Assembly: GCA_044892505.1 (NCBI GenBank)
Contig: CM097882.1
Coordinates: forward strand, 292,144,001 to 292,208,000
Length of the DNA stretch: 64,000 nucleotides
Origin: Schmidtea nova
Lineage: Eukaryota
Reading direction: 5' to 3'
Shown piece after piece: positions 48,762-60,711 of this stretch. The translations under genes were made by a program, and so were the position numbers. The notes under the pieces are model-generated. The model was not told the origin of the DNA and made no database searches. It saw only the letters and a list, made by a program, of their open reading frames with translations. Each line of letters opens with the position of its first letter. Position 1 is the stretch's first letter.

Positions 48762-51513
48762 TAGGGCATGGTTGATTAATCGATTTTAGAGAAAAATGAT
48801 TAACGATTAATTGTTCAGTTTTTGAGTCGATTAATCGATTAATCGATTAATCGATTAATTTATTAATTTTTTATATGTATTTTAAGTAAATAATTTCTGC
48901 ATTTTAACAAAAATAAAAGTTTATTTCACTTCAAATTAAATTCAGTACATATATAGGTAAAAAATAAAATAATACATTATAAAATATTTAGTTTGTATTT
49001 TTTTCATTTAATAAATGTGCACGTAGGAAGCAGAGTTTATCCAACGTATTGTCGTTCAAGGATGTCCGGAGCTTTGTAAAGAACAAACCAGCAGCACTAA
49101 AGCTTCTTTCCGCCTCCACTGATGATGGCCGCACGCTCAACAATCCATTATAAATTTTTGATAGTAAATCTGTTTTTATTTTACTGTGTTCGTAAACCAT
49201 CATTTCCTTTTTTATATCTTGTAAACTATAGTTGAATGCAGCTGTTGAATTGGTTTTAGCAAGTTTTTTAGTTAAGAATTCCTGTAACTCATCTACTTTT
49301 AAATATTTTGCTCTTTTTTCAGATACAATTTCTATAACATCGTTTTCATCTTCGTAATCAGAATCAGCTTCGGATGGATTTTCTGTAAGCGGTATAAGTA
49401 ACCTATTAGCAAAGTCTTTAGCGGTATTAGCGAGCTCATTTTTGGTTGGTTTTTTAAAAACAAAGTTTTCATCCGATACACTTTCTAAATATTTTATTGG
49501 GTCATCCAAATACACCAGTAATCCTTCAAGATTTGGGTTCCTTCTCTCATTAATTCTGGTAGTCATTGACGTGCAAAACTTTTGTGCCAGCACACTTGAG
49601 TGGGATTGCTCTTTTAATTTTGTCAATAAGAATTCAAAGATTTTTGTTGCTTGTATTAAATTGCAATCTTTCCTGGCCAGGGCCAAGGAGCTTACTTCAA
49701 TTACTTCCAATGATTCGACAATATCCGAAATAACATTTAGTTCATAATTGAAAGGAAAAATTTGAACAACAGACAAATCATGTAAAACTGTTTTTATAAC
49801 GTCTTTCATTTCCAAGAACCGTTTAAGCATAGCCAGCAGCGAATTCCATCTTGTGGAGGTATCAATTATCAAATTTAATTCCTTACCAATTTCATTTTTA
49901 CAGGCTTTTTGCAGTACATCATTTTTAACAGGAGATTTACGAAACATTCGAGCTATTTTTCTTACTTTTTGAATAACTGTTGAAAAATAATCAGCTAGAG
50001 CGCAGTTTATGTGTTCTGAAGGATTTTCTTCCATCCAAAATTGAAGTTCACTTTCTGTTTCACTTTCATTTGAATCGTAATCAGATTGATCTCTAGCGTT
50101 TCCATTTTCCAATTGGATTTCCTCGTCTATTTCTTCAAACGTAGTTGAATTTTTTTGTAGAGGACATCTACAACTGCCAAATGTATTCCGTGGCTGTGGC
50201 AAACTTGATGGTAAATACACATCAAACGACCCATCTTTTTCATTACAGAGGCGCCATCTGTCACAAATGCCACTATGTGCTTTTTCAAAATAATGTCATA
50301 TTTGCTTAATTTTCTTTCCTACAATTTCAACTGCTTTGGCTGCTGGCATGGTTTCTTTTATTCTTATCATGCCAAGCCCAAAAACATCTTTATCTTTGGT
50401 GTTAATATTTAGACACATATATCGACGATTGCGTTTTGAAGTCCACTCATCCTAAGACAAAGAAAATCGTTCCCAAGCTTCGATTTTCAATTTAAGTTTG
50501 TTTTTCAGAGCTTGTTGAATCGTATCTGCGTAATCAACCACCATAGCCTTGATACCCTTTTCTGTTACAGGAATCCTTAAACCTTGGGCTTTCCATCCAT
50601 TTTTGATTTCTTCGATATTTGCCAGAGTAGCAAACGGTATGCGATCTAATGCAGTTAATTTAGCAAGTACGTATCCTGGGGATGATGCAGATTTTTTGGT
50701 AAAAAACGAAGTAACTTTAGATGCGTCATTATTTTGACTTGCTGCTGAAGTTGAAGCAACCACTTTACACAAATTATGTTTGTGTTGCATATGATACCTG
50801 TATGACGTCGTTGTTTTATGCGACCGAAATGTAGTGTCACAGTGTTTGCACTTTAAAATATTATTGTCTTTGCTGTTAATTAATAGATGAGTCCAAATTT
50901 CACTTCTCATTTCTTTGGATTGAATCCAATCGCTTTCATTTTCCTTCTCAGCCATAGATTAATCTAAATTTAATTTTTATTATATAAATATTTTATATAT
51001 TATATTTTGTAAAAGGTATACCTGTTTTGAAAAATAAGAGATTATTGATAAAATTGGTGTTGTTTTTAGAGGTTTTTCTCGAGCACAATTATTTAGATAA
51101 TTTTATATTTTTAAAAAATTTAAGTATTAATATACCGAAAAATAATTCACTTTTATATCAACCACTTTTAAATGTTTATTAAAAGAAAACTAAATGCTAA
51201 TAGCAATGTAATGACAAAATAACTAAAGAACTTTTATTTTTACTATGCCTAGCCTACTGTGATAAATTTCTATTTCCTACTTTAAATAAAATTCGCGGAA
51301 AATAGAAATAATAAAATTCGCGGAAAATAGAAATGACTCCTAATACTTTTGGGTGCAGGTGCAGGAAAACAATTGCCTTCCATATACGCAATTTTTAATT
51401 TTCTTGTTACAAATAAATACAAGCTACAAAAAAAACGATTAATCGAATTCACTAGAAATTGTTCGATTAATCAAACCATACATAAATTTATCGATAAATC
51501 GAACCATGCCCTA
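48762..51513 (-). mobile_element. hAT element (BED-finger type) of 2752 bp with 8-bp TSD CTGTGGAA, nested in the Gypsy integrase tail
   Basis: TIRs TAGGGCATGGTT at both ends; TTAATCGA subterminal repeats; TSD at 48754-48761 and 51514-51521. Confidence 0.95.
48988..50955 (-). pseudogene. hAT transposase with BED zinc finger, frameshifted
   Basis: IWTH...CKHC...H-x4-H (50452..50955); DTSTRWNS and PSSVEAERSFS (48988..50220). Confidence 0.92.
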
Positions 51514-54500
51514 CTGTGGAATTCTCTTTTTTTCTTATGTCGGAAACATGACGAAGCATACCGTCAATCTCAAAATTTGTAGATGAATTTACTTTTGTCA
51601 CTCTTCCTTCATTCCACCGAGAAGTACATCTTGCATCAGGAGGTTTTTCAAAAACCGCCTCTCCCACAGTAAACGCGCCTTCTGGATCCGTCAAGACATC
51701 TTCCACTTCATCTGGGTGTCTCCATACGTAATTGAACGTTAGGTCGAAAGAAGACAAGTCCTCACCAACATCGTCTCTTAACGCCACATTGTACCAATAA
51801 ACCATATCCAATGGTTCTCCGCCAGACCGTGCTGCCATACGCTTAATCGTTCTATGGTTCCGCTCGATTATCCCATTTCCAGCAGGTCGATATGCACATC
51901 TGAACATGCGCCTAACCCCCCCCCCCTTCTTGCACAGCGAATCCATCGCTCCAGATCTAAAGGATGTAGCGTTATCTACGAGTATTTCTACTGGTGAACT
52001 TCTTTCCCTAAATATCTGCTCTAAATTTCGAATTATGACTCCAACTTCCTCGCTAGCTATCTCCCTCCAAATTGCAAACCGACTCAGTCCACAATCAATA
52101 ATTGTTAAATACCTTTTATCCTTATAGTGAGTCACATCGATCGCGATCCTCTTCCAATTTACCTCGACATCAAGCTTCCCGTGCTTCCATGTAACCGGTG
52201 CTGTATCAATAGATCTGCATTCTACACATTTGCTAATGACATCTTGCACGTCCTTCTTAGTAATATTTGGGAATTTTCTCTTAGCAAGATGAACGTTCTT
52301 TCAACGCCTAAATGATGAGCATTGTGAGACTTTACTACGTCATCCATTCTTGTAATTACTACAGATGTTACAGCTTTTACCCAGTACAAGCACGTCTTAG
52401 GTACTCTCGTTAGTATATCCGCTTTGTTCCTCTCTGTAGATACTAACTCTATCGAAAGAGCTAAATTGAAACGATCTTGCAACTCCTTGATTATCTGTAA
52501 TCTCCGCTGAATTAACATCTCTGATATTCCGTGTGTACGTACTCTTTCTTGATTGGACAATATAGAGGTAACCAAACATTTCACAGTGGCTGAATCTGTT
52601 TTTATTAAGATATCTTTCAGGCCACAAGCTAGACTTACATTTATGCCTTTAATAACGGCATCTATCTCGGCTACATTAATATGACATACATCAATCTTCT
52701 TCCTCAACCAGGACGCATCTTCAACTACATGACCTCCAATTTCCAAACAAATATCCAAGGCCAAACTACTTGCGTCACTCTATACTACATCGTTAGGTTG
52801 TTCTGACACATGCCATTCGCCACGCGCCGGGTCGTCTTTGGAAACACGAGTAATAGTGTCAGTTAACATCTTTTGCAAAATATGCCCAATTTTATCATCC
52901 CATTTTTCTCCACTACTGTGACGTTTTATGAAACCGCACGCAACTCGCAACCAATTTGCTACTGGATAGTGACCGAGCAATTGACCACAAATTGAAAATA
53001 ATTGACGTCTCGACACTTCCTGCCCACTCTTCAAGACAGGAAGCTCATTACCTCTTGTCCAAATCCGATCCATGTTACGCATTGTTATTTGCAATCCTAA
53101 AACTCTTGCATCATCGAACTTCTCTGGATCTTTCACTTCTAACCCATATTTCTGTAAATGATTTATAACATCCGAGACGCAAACTAATGACTGGTCTACT
53201 ATTATGTCGTCTATATAACTATCTGTCGCTTCAGCAATGTCACTTCGTAGACTTAACACCTTTTTCAAAACACTAGACATTATCTTTGGGGCTACATTCA
53301 ACCCGAATCCCAGTCTAGTCAAATAGTAAAACTTATCGTCATAGCATACCTTTTGATACTTCCAACCTTCTTCATCGACATGCAACTGTAAATAAGCATT
53401 CTTTAAGTCGAGCATAATAACATCTCTACCCATCTTTCGCCATTGTCTCAATGACTCTACACACACATCACTTTGCCCAGTGTGACTCTTGACGAACTTA
53501 TTTAATTCTCGGAAATCCATAACAGGTCTACTTTATTCTTGTTCGGTTGATCCACTGCCATTAATGGAATCGTACCACCGACGCTTGATTTGGCCGGTAC
53601 AAGCCATCCTTCCTCTATCCAACGCCTCATCTCTGCATCAAACGGTGCTTGAATATCGTTTGCCATCTTATAACAAGCAATCTTGTTCCACAATATCGCT
53701 GGTCCAGACTTCCATTTCCATTTGACGACCCATTTCTTGTCGAATCTAGCTTCGAAATCTTCGTCTATAATAATGATGACGCTCGGAGAAGAACTTGCCC
53801 CAGTGACACACTTATCACTCAGCAAACATACCTTCTCTTTCGAAAAAACGACTCCATCTATACTAATCTAGACACCCCCTAATCTTCCAATAATATCCAT
53901 GCCCAGGATCATCTCAATATCGTAGGGTAATTTTTCGAGAGCCAGACAATTTACTCGTAAATCTATACCTCTAATCACCAAGTTTACAAATATATCACAA
54001 TAGCACGACACATAGGTTCCATTTGCTATCACTACCTCGTCCGTTCTTCTCAATTGTTTGCTTACCAATGAAGCCAAAACAACAGATCTTGAGCATCCGG
54101 AATCAATCAAAGCATTTGCCTCTCTCCCATCCACTTTAATTGTGATTATTTGCAACGCCATTACTGGTTCAATGAAGTAGACACCGACGTTAGTGTTACC
54201 CCGTTGTCGTTTTTTCAATTCTTATTTGGACATTCTCTAGATATGTGATCGGTGCAGTTACAAGACCAACACCTTGTACCAAACTTCTTAAAACAACGTT
54301 CAGCTACGTGGCCAGTCTTATTGCAATGAGTACAACGTTTTACTTTGTTATATGCAACGTTGACACATTCAATGTCTTGAACTCTCGTATTCATCATTGC
54401 TCGTGTTATCTGAACAATATCCTCCATTGGTACAGTATCAATCTTTGGAGTAGCTTGCAACAATCTCGACACGTCTTTAGGTAGTCCTACGACAAAAGCG

Positions 54501-54843
54501 TTCCTAAGAGAGTTCTCATTCTCTCTTGCAGGTTTTGCATGAAATCTTAGATCGGCCAAAAATACATCCACTGATTCTCCAGTCCATCTACAATTTCTCA
54601 TTTTTTCGTATGATAAAAACATACTTGGAGAAAAAGCCTTTTCCAATGCATCCTCGATTGCTTCAAAACTAGCCTTGTCTTTTTCTGATAAATGTTCGTA
54701 AATGCATCACCTTTCAAAAGAATAGGCATAAAAACCTCTATAGTTTCTATCTTCAACATCGTTACAATTGATTTGAGTTGAGCAAACCAGCTTGCAACAT
54801 TGCCAGTTCCATCGAATTTATCCAGATATTTCAAAACTTCCAT
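51488..54843 (-). pseudogene. Gypsy gag-pol (gag, PR, RT, RNase H, INT), fragmented
   Basis: FDGTG and CCHC knuckles; ALIDSG; LDLKNAY, GFGLNVAP, YIDD; KTDS; IAIDVT, LVDNA, GNGIIER. Confidence 0.92.
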
Positions 54844-54860
54844 CGATGGCCATGATAGCT

Positions 54861-55025
54861 TGTAGTAAAAATAATTAACAAATTTTGGAATATTTATTAT
54901 ATAACATCAACTGCTTCTAAAATTTAAAAATCTATTTCACATACAATCAATATTAAAACAACTGAAATTAAATTAAACAATAATTAAATATAGTAATAAC
55001 AATAATAATAATTAAATTAAGCACA
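54861..55025 (-). repeat. 5' LTR
   Basis: Direct repeat of 48445-48609; gag ATG is 18 nt downstream. Confidence 0.95.
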
Positions 55026-56099
55026 AGGTCAAAGGTCAATGTCGTTTTAAGCTAAAACCTTAAAAACGTCTTTCAAGACAACCATTTGTGGTATTTTTGC
55101 GTTCTATAGAGGTAGCTGTCGCATTTATAGGCACATAAAATGTTGGTGCTTCTGTTCGGTAGATCATCATCTAAATTGAATGAAAATCTACAAAGACTTC
55201 ATTCAGAGCGATGTTTGTGATTGTTTGAATCTAATATGGCAGGATATTAGGAGTGAAATATACAAGTTCTCGCACTAGTTTCGAATATACATCTTTCATC
55301 TTGAAAATGAGAACGCCTCTCAGTTTATCTAAAACAAACAGGCATGAACAGGCATAAATATATAAATAAAAACATACCGTAGTAATCATAACTTCTTTAT
55401 CAATGCATTTCAAGATGCAATCTAAGTCCCACATGTTTATGTTTTTCTTGATTTCATTCAATAATACAGTGATGAATTACGTGTTTGAACTGATATTTTC
55501 TATAAAGAAGGAACCATGGTTAATAAACAAAGTTAAATATCGGTTTGAAATTAATCATGGAACTTAAAGCACGTGTTAAACATCTAAAACTAGTTTCACA
55601 TAGAAAAACTTAATCACCAAATATTTCCACTAATGAATATTATTTAACGCTATTTAAAAACAAAGACCGCTACGACAAAAACTAAAAAACCGATAAAATC
55701 TCAAGATTATCGTAGTATTCAGTTTTCAATGAATTAGTCTCCAATCATTAGAAGAGTGAGTGTTTTACAATGGTTTCCAAATAATGTTATTGATGATTTA
55801 CTTGATGTTATAGTTAAAGTTGTCATAGGTAAAATTAATATCAGTAAATCAAATAAAACGGTTTTGAACAAACATAAAAAAACCATTATTAATGCTTGTA
55901 AATACTAATAATAGAAAACAAATGAGCAATAAATATATAAACAATATGGAAGATTTATTGTGACAGTTTTACCATTACCATTATCTTTATTAGATGGATT
56001 AGGATAATTAGGAAAACCCTCAACATTAATCGATCAACATAAAAAATGAGTTAATTACCAATTGGTCTTTTACCTAATCTTAAATTAAAATTTAATTCT

Positions 56100-56780
56100 T
56101 CTTGTTCTAATAGAGAAGATATAGACAAACCAAAAAGATACAGCCGGATTTGGTAGAGTTGAAAAACTAAACAAAAAAGTCCCAAACTCGAAAAAAAGAG
56201 ACTCAAAAATGGTTATCGGAATAACTGGCATATCGTTTAAACAAACCAGCATTAAAACAATATCCAGTAAGAGCATATAAAACATGATATTCATGACTTT
56301 GACAAATTAATTTGTTGATAATAATTCCCTATTTAAAAATTAATAAGGGATATAAAATTATTTTGACATGTATCGATGTTTTCAAACTATTTTGGTTGGA
56401 ATATTCCTACCAAAGCAAAATCTGCAAACGAAATGGCTATTACAATCAAAACAATGTTTGAATCTCGTCGTCCAGTTAATTTACAAACTGATTTGGTAAG
56501 AATATATTCATATTTTATGCATAGTTAATTATAATTTAGGGAAAAACTTTAAAATAGTCAAGTTAAAGATGTTTCGGCCGTAATTAAACATATATTGAAG
56601 AAGCAAAACGGATGGGAAGTAATCAACTTAAAATTATAAGTACACTGAAACAATATCAATTATAGTTTATGTTATTTGAACTGAATAGTTATTTGATAGA
56701 AGATATTAAAAAGATTTAGAAAGTGAAAAGCAATTTACATTAATGATTTATATGTAATACAACTTAAGATTTGTACAAAT
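56100..56780 (+). pseudogene. Polinton retroviral-like integrase remnant with a 44-bp intron (56496-56539)
   Basis: TAGFGRVEKL, NKGYKIILTCIDVF and RRPVNLQTDL|GK; GTAAG...TTTAG interrupts QTDL/G. Confidence 0.8.
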
Positions 56781-56787
56781 ATTTATC

Positions 56788-58980
56788 AGTAGGAGGAAGT
56801 GTGGACGGAGGAACAAAGACATATGACGTCATCGCGTGTGTGCATCCAATAAAAATCAAGTGACCCCCGGGGTACTTTTTTTTGCAACCCCCCATTTCTT
56901 TTACACACAGACGATGAGTCATAAATTTCTTTTAAGGTCAAATTTTGAGGTCACTTTAAGGACACTTTAAGGTCATATTTTGAGGACACTTTAAGGGCAA
57001 GTTAAGGTCAAATTTTAAGGTCAAAATTTTCAAAAATTCAAAAACATAAACAACTTAAAAATTTTTAAAAAACATAAAATTTTACAAAATATTTTTTCAA
57101 GAACACCAAGTGAGAATTAATCAACAATTATTAATAAATACACATATATATGACAAAAATGTTATTCCAACTATGCAATTCTTGCGCTTTTTATCTTCCA
57201 AATTGGAGACATTGATTCTTTTGGATCGATTTTATATCCTTGGATGGATATATCAATAAACCAATTTTCATTATCCGTATATTCAACTGATTGAAATGCA
57301 TCATGAAATTCGGTGTTCCTGTTGTTGATGAATATTGTTTCATTGCAAGATAATTTCTTGTTGATTTTCGTCAACACTTTATTGATTGCAACAACATCTT
57401 CTTTATAAATCTGACCAATTAAGTTGGAATATTGCGAAGTCGACAGCTTTACCATATTTGGGACCTTGAAAGAGATTTCGTTTACCAAGAAAAACATTTG
57501 GTAATCGTGAAACATCTGAACCGGTCGTAAATCAAATTTGTTTGATTAAAATATAAGTATTTTGACATATTAGAAAAATCCAATGAGTAATTAGTTGAAA
57601 ATTAATGGTTTTTACACTTGTAAAGATTTCTATAATTGAATGTACAGGGCAATAATGGTTGTTGTTTTATCATTTTTCATTCATTTTACAATAATTTAAC
57701 CCATTTTATATCATCATGAAGTATCTAAAATCATTGACTAATAAATGATTGGGTAATAAATACAGAAATTCTCAATATTCTTTACTAGTTTGTATTAAAT
57801 TTACTATGAAAATAATAAATAAAATTGATTAATATTTAAGGGAAATGTTAGAAAATATGCATGTTCTTGAATACCACAAGTGAATGATACAAGCAATAAA
57901 AGTGCATGAAATTTGCAATCACATTGATTTATATCAACAATTCAGACTTAAAATGTGATGAGTAACAATGTTATTGAACCCTATTAGCAGAACATTAATA
58001 TCAGAACATTGGTATCAAAACTGTGCAACCATTGATGAAAACTTTTGATAAATAATAAATGTTTAATTTTCTTTTGTTTGATTTTTAGTATTTTGTATTA
58101 CTTACTTTTGAAAAAATATTTCGTTCAATTTAAGCTCAATATAATCACAATATATGACATATCTATACACTTTCAATACAAATGCATTTCAAGTGCAAAA
58201 CAAGTGCATAACACTTGCGTAACATATGCGTAACATACATGAATCAATCACACATACACAGGTCATTTTACACATCATTACTTTTTAACCCGAATTTATC
58301 TACTTTGTTTTAAAATAAACCCATCAATATAGCAAACTTTTATTGATTTTTATAACTCTTGTCATTATTTTGATTAATCACCTAATATTTACAGTATTAT
58401 TGTGTTAAAAATCGATTTTATTCACATAAATACTATTAAATTTTACATAGACAAGAATGTAAAATCATTAAATTTTACACTCGTGACCTAACTAAAGTAC
58501 CATATATTTACCTAGTTTTACAATAAAATCTTTTAAAATCGTTAAATTATCAGTAAAAATAATAATATCAAACAAAAATACATTTATTTTCGATAAATTA
58601 AATTTACAATAGCATAAATGCTACAGAATCCAATTGTTATCTTCAATAAATATTTCAATTTTTCTTTGGTTTTCCTAATAGTTCTACTATTTTCAGCCAA
58701 TTCTATTAGTTTTTGCCATTGTCCATTTTCTTGAACCCAGGGGCATATTTCACTCTGGATAATCTAAAATAAAATATGACCTTAAAGTGTCCTTAAAGTG
58801 ACCTCAAAATCTAACCTTAAAAAATTTTTTTTTGACTCATCGTCTGTGTGTAAAAAAATGGGGGGGTTGCAAAAAAACAAAAAACAAAAAGTACCCCCGG
58901 GGGTTCACTTGATTTTGATTGGATGCACACACGCGATGACGTCATATTTCTTTGTTCCCCCGTCCACAATTCCTCCTACT
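56788..58980. mobile_element. Non-autonomous mini-Polinton, 2193 bp, ~200-bp TIRs, 6-bp TSD TTTATC
   Basis: Both ends start AGTAGGAGGAA; TIRs 56788-~57025 and ~58777-58980; TSD at 56782-56787 and 58981-58986. Confidence 0.92.
57171..57515 (-). CDS. Unknown ORF inside the mini-Polinton; possibly the C-terminal part of an OB-fold ssDNA-binding protein
   Basis: Ends FIDISIQGYKIDPKESMSPIWKIKSARI, a beta-rich pattern reminiscent of viral SSBs; upstream frame broken. Confidence 0.35.
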   Translation of the reverse strand: MFHDYQMFFLVNEISFKVPNMVKLSTSQYSNLIGQIYKEDVVAINKVLTKINKKLSCNETIFINNRNTEFHDAFQSVEYTDNENWFIDISIQGYKIDPKESMSPIWKIKSARIA

Positions 58981-59056
58981 TTTATCATTCAATTGATCTC
59001 ATATCTTTAAAACTCTGTAAATTAATAAATGGTTCAAATTTAGTCTCAATGATGAT

Positions 59057-59400
59057 TTGAGTGAAGCTAAATTCAATAAAATCTTGATTAACACTCCTGG
59101 ATTAAATAATCAAACATTTAGAGATAGAAACATTATTGATTGGACTGAGAAGCCTAAAATAATTGTTCATAATCAACAAATGTTCATTTACAGTAACATC
59201 ATTGAACCTATTATTGTTGGTGATTTATTGTTTCCTTTCCTGAAATTGCCTTGGATAAATTTATATGAACATGAAGAAGTTATTTAAAAACTAATGGAAA
59301 ATCCAATGTACTTACCTATTTCAACTTCATGTATAAAAAATTATAGAAATAAATATCAGTAACGATTGTAATAAATTATTAAACTTTTCAAAAGATTCAA
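59057..59400 (+). pseudogene. Polinton minor capsid (penton) C-terminal remnant
   Basis: MFIYSNIIEPIIVGD, ENPMYLPIS, IEINIS and LTLHF. Confidence 0.75.
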
Positions 59401-59899
59401 AAACATACTTGACATTACATTTTTGTAAATTAAATGATTAATCCAGATATAAAGTCATTGTTTAGTAATTGCCAAACTGGTTAGAAATTATCATATTTTG
59501 TTGGTAAACAGTATGGATCAGGTTGGCTATAAACTATTAGAAGAATTTCACTTTCAATTCTTAAGCAAATAGGTAGGTTTGGATTGAAAACTGCTAAAGA
59601 TGTGATCGTAAATGATCAGAAAATAGTGCCATAATTGAAAACAATTCTTTGTCTGAAATTATTAAAAAGTGATTTTCAAATGAATGTTTCTCGTTTATAT
59701 ACATTATTATTACATAATACACAATACACCAATGAAACCATGGACAGACACATGCGCACACAAACTAGATTACCGCAACGTAAAATAAAAAAAAATTTAA
59801 TTAAAAATGAAAAAACTTCAATCTAAAAATAATAAAAGATTTCAATACAAGAATTTATTAATTAAACATTTATTAATCACTTTATTAATAACTTCCTTT

Positions 59900-60345
59900 C
59901 GATAAAGTTAATGATTTGACATTAAAGTTATCGTAAATAGAATAAGTATCGGTAAATAAACCACCATGTATTTTATTTCCTTGAAATGCAACAAGAATAA
60001 AGTTTGGTAATCGTCTATCACCAAAGATTTGTTCTTAATAAAATGACGAAGAATCCATTGGTAATCAAAATTCAACAACTTCCTTATTTCTTATTAGATA
60101 AATTGCATTTCTTGTATCAAGTCAAATTCGATGTCCAGCGAAAACCAATGGTTCAACTCTTAATCTTAACCATTAATTTTACCTCGAATAATTTAATTAT
60201 AGGTTCAACGTTTGTGCATGTTAAAATATTGGCCGTGTTTGATCTCGTCAATTTAATTTGAACACTAACACCTGGTAATAAATAATTTAGTTGTTCCATA
60301 AAATCTAAATGTAATGGAGAACAAATTGCGAACAGCCTTGATTTT
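59900..60345 (-). pseudogene. Polinton major capsid remnant
   Basis: PLHLDFMEQLNYLLPGVSVQIKLTRS and EQIFGDRRLPNFILVAFQ, homologous to 18375..19004. Confidence 0.85.
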
Positions 60346-60711
60346 GCAATCCATGTTTTTCTAGTAAGCTATTGTTCATTATATCTTGCAAAGGTCAATG
60401 GAGGTTTATATTATAAATAGAATTGTAATAGAGGAATTTGTGATATATTTTAATATGTTTCTAGTGTTATTTATTTGAAGTTAAAAAATTGAAGAGCTTA
60501 ACCGTGTCACCGGTAAAAAATCTATCTTGGGACAGCTGGTGTGTGTTCTGTGTATATTTAGATATATGTTATTGAATATGTTTACAACAACCAACAATAC
60601 AAATTTTAATAATAAACTTTATTAATAAAAAAAGAAAAAATTAACACTACTCACTATACTTATGCAGAAGTTTTTCTTGGTCTTCCTAATCTTCATTTTG
60701 AAATTATTTCT

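Larger units (their letters stand above)
48445..55025 (-). mobile_element. Full-length Ty3/Gypsy LTR retrotransposon with 165-bp LTRs and 5-bp TSD AGGTC, interrupted by a nested hAT
   Basis: LTRs 48445-48609 and 54861-55025 (TG...CA; one mismatch seen); TSD at 48440-48444 and 55026-55030; short GGGGATA purine tract before the 3' LTR. Confidence 0.95.
55770..60345. mobile_element. Old decayed Polinton block: small structural-protein remnant, integrase, penton, core-like protein (+) and hexon (-)
   Basis: VIDDLLDVIVKVVIGKINISKSNK..LNKHK (~55790-55890); integrase; penton; QYGSG..IGRFGLKTAKDV (~59500-59610); hexon. Confidence 0.78.

Noticed and set aside
55231-55461. 76-aa minus-strand ORF, possibly a transposase fragment
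   Set aside because: No diagnostic motif.
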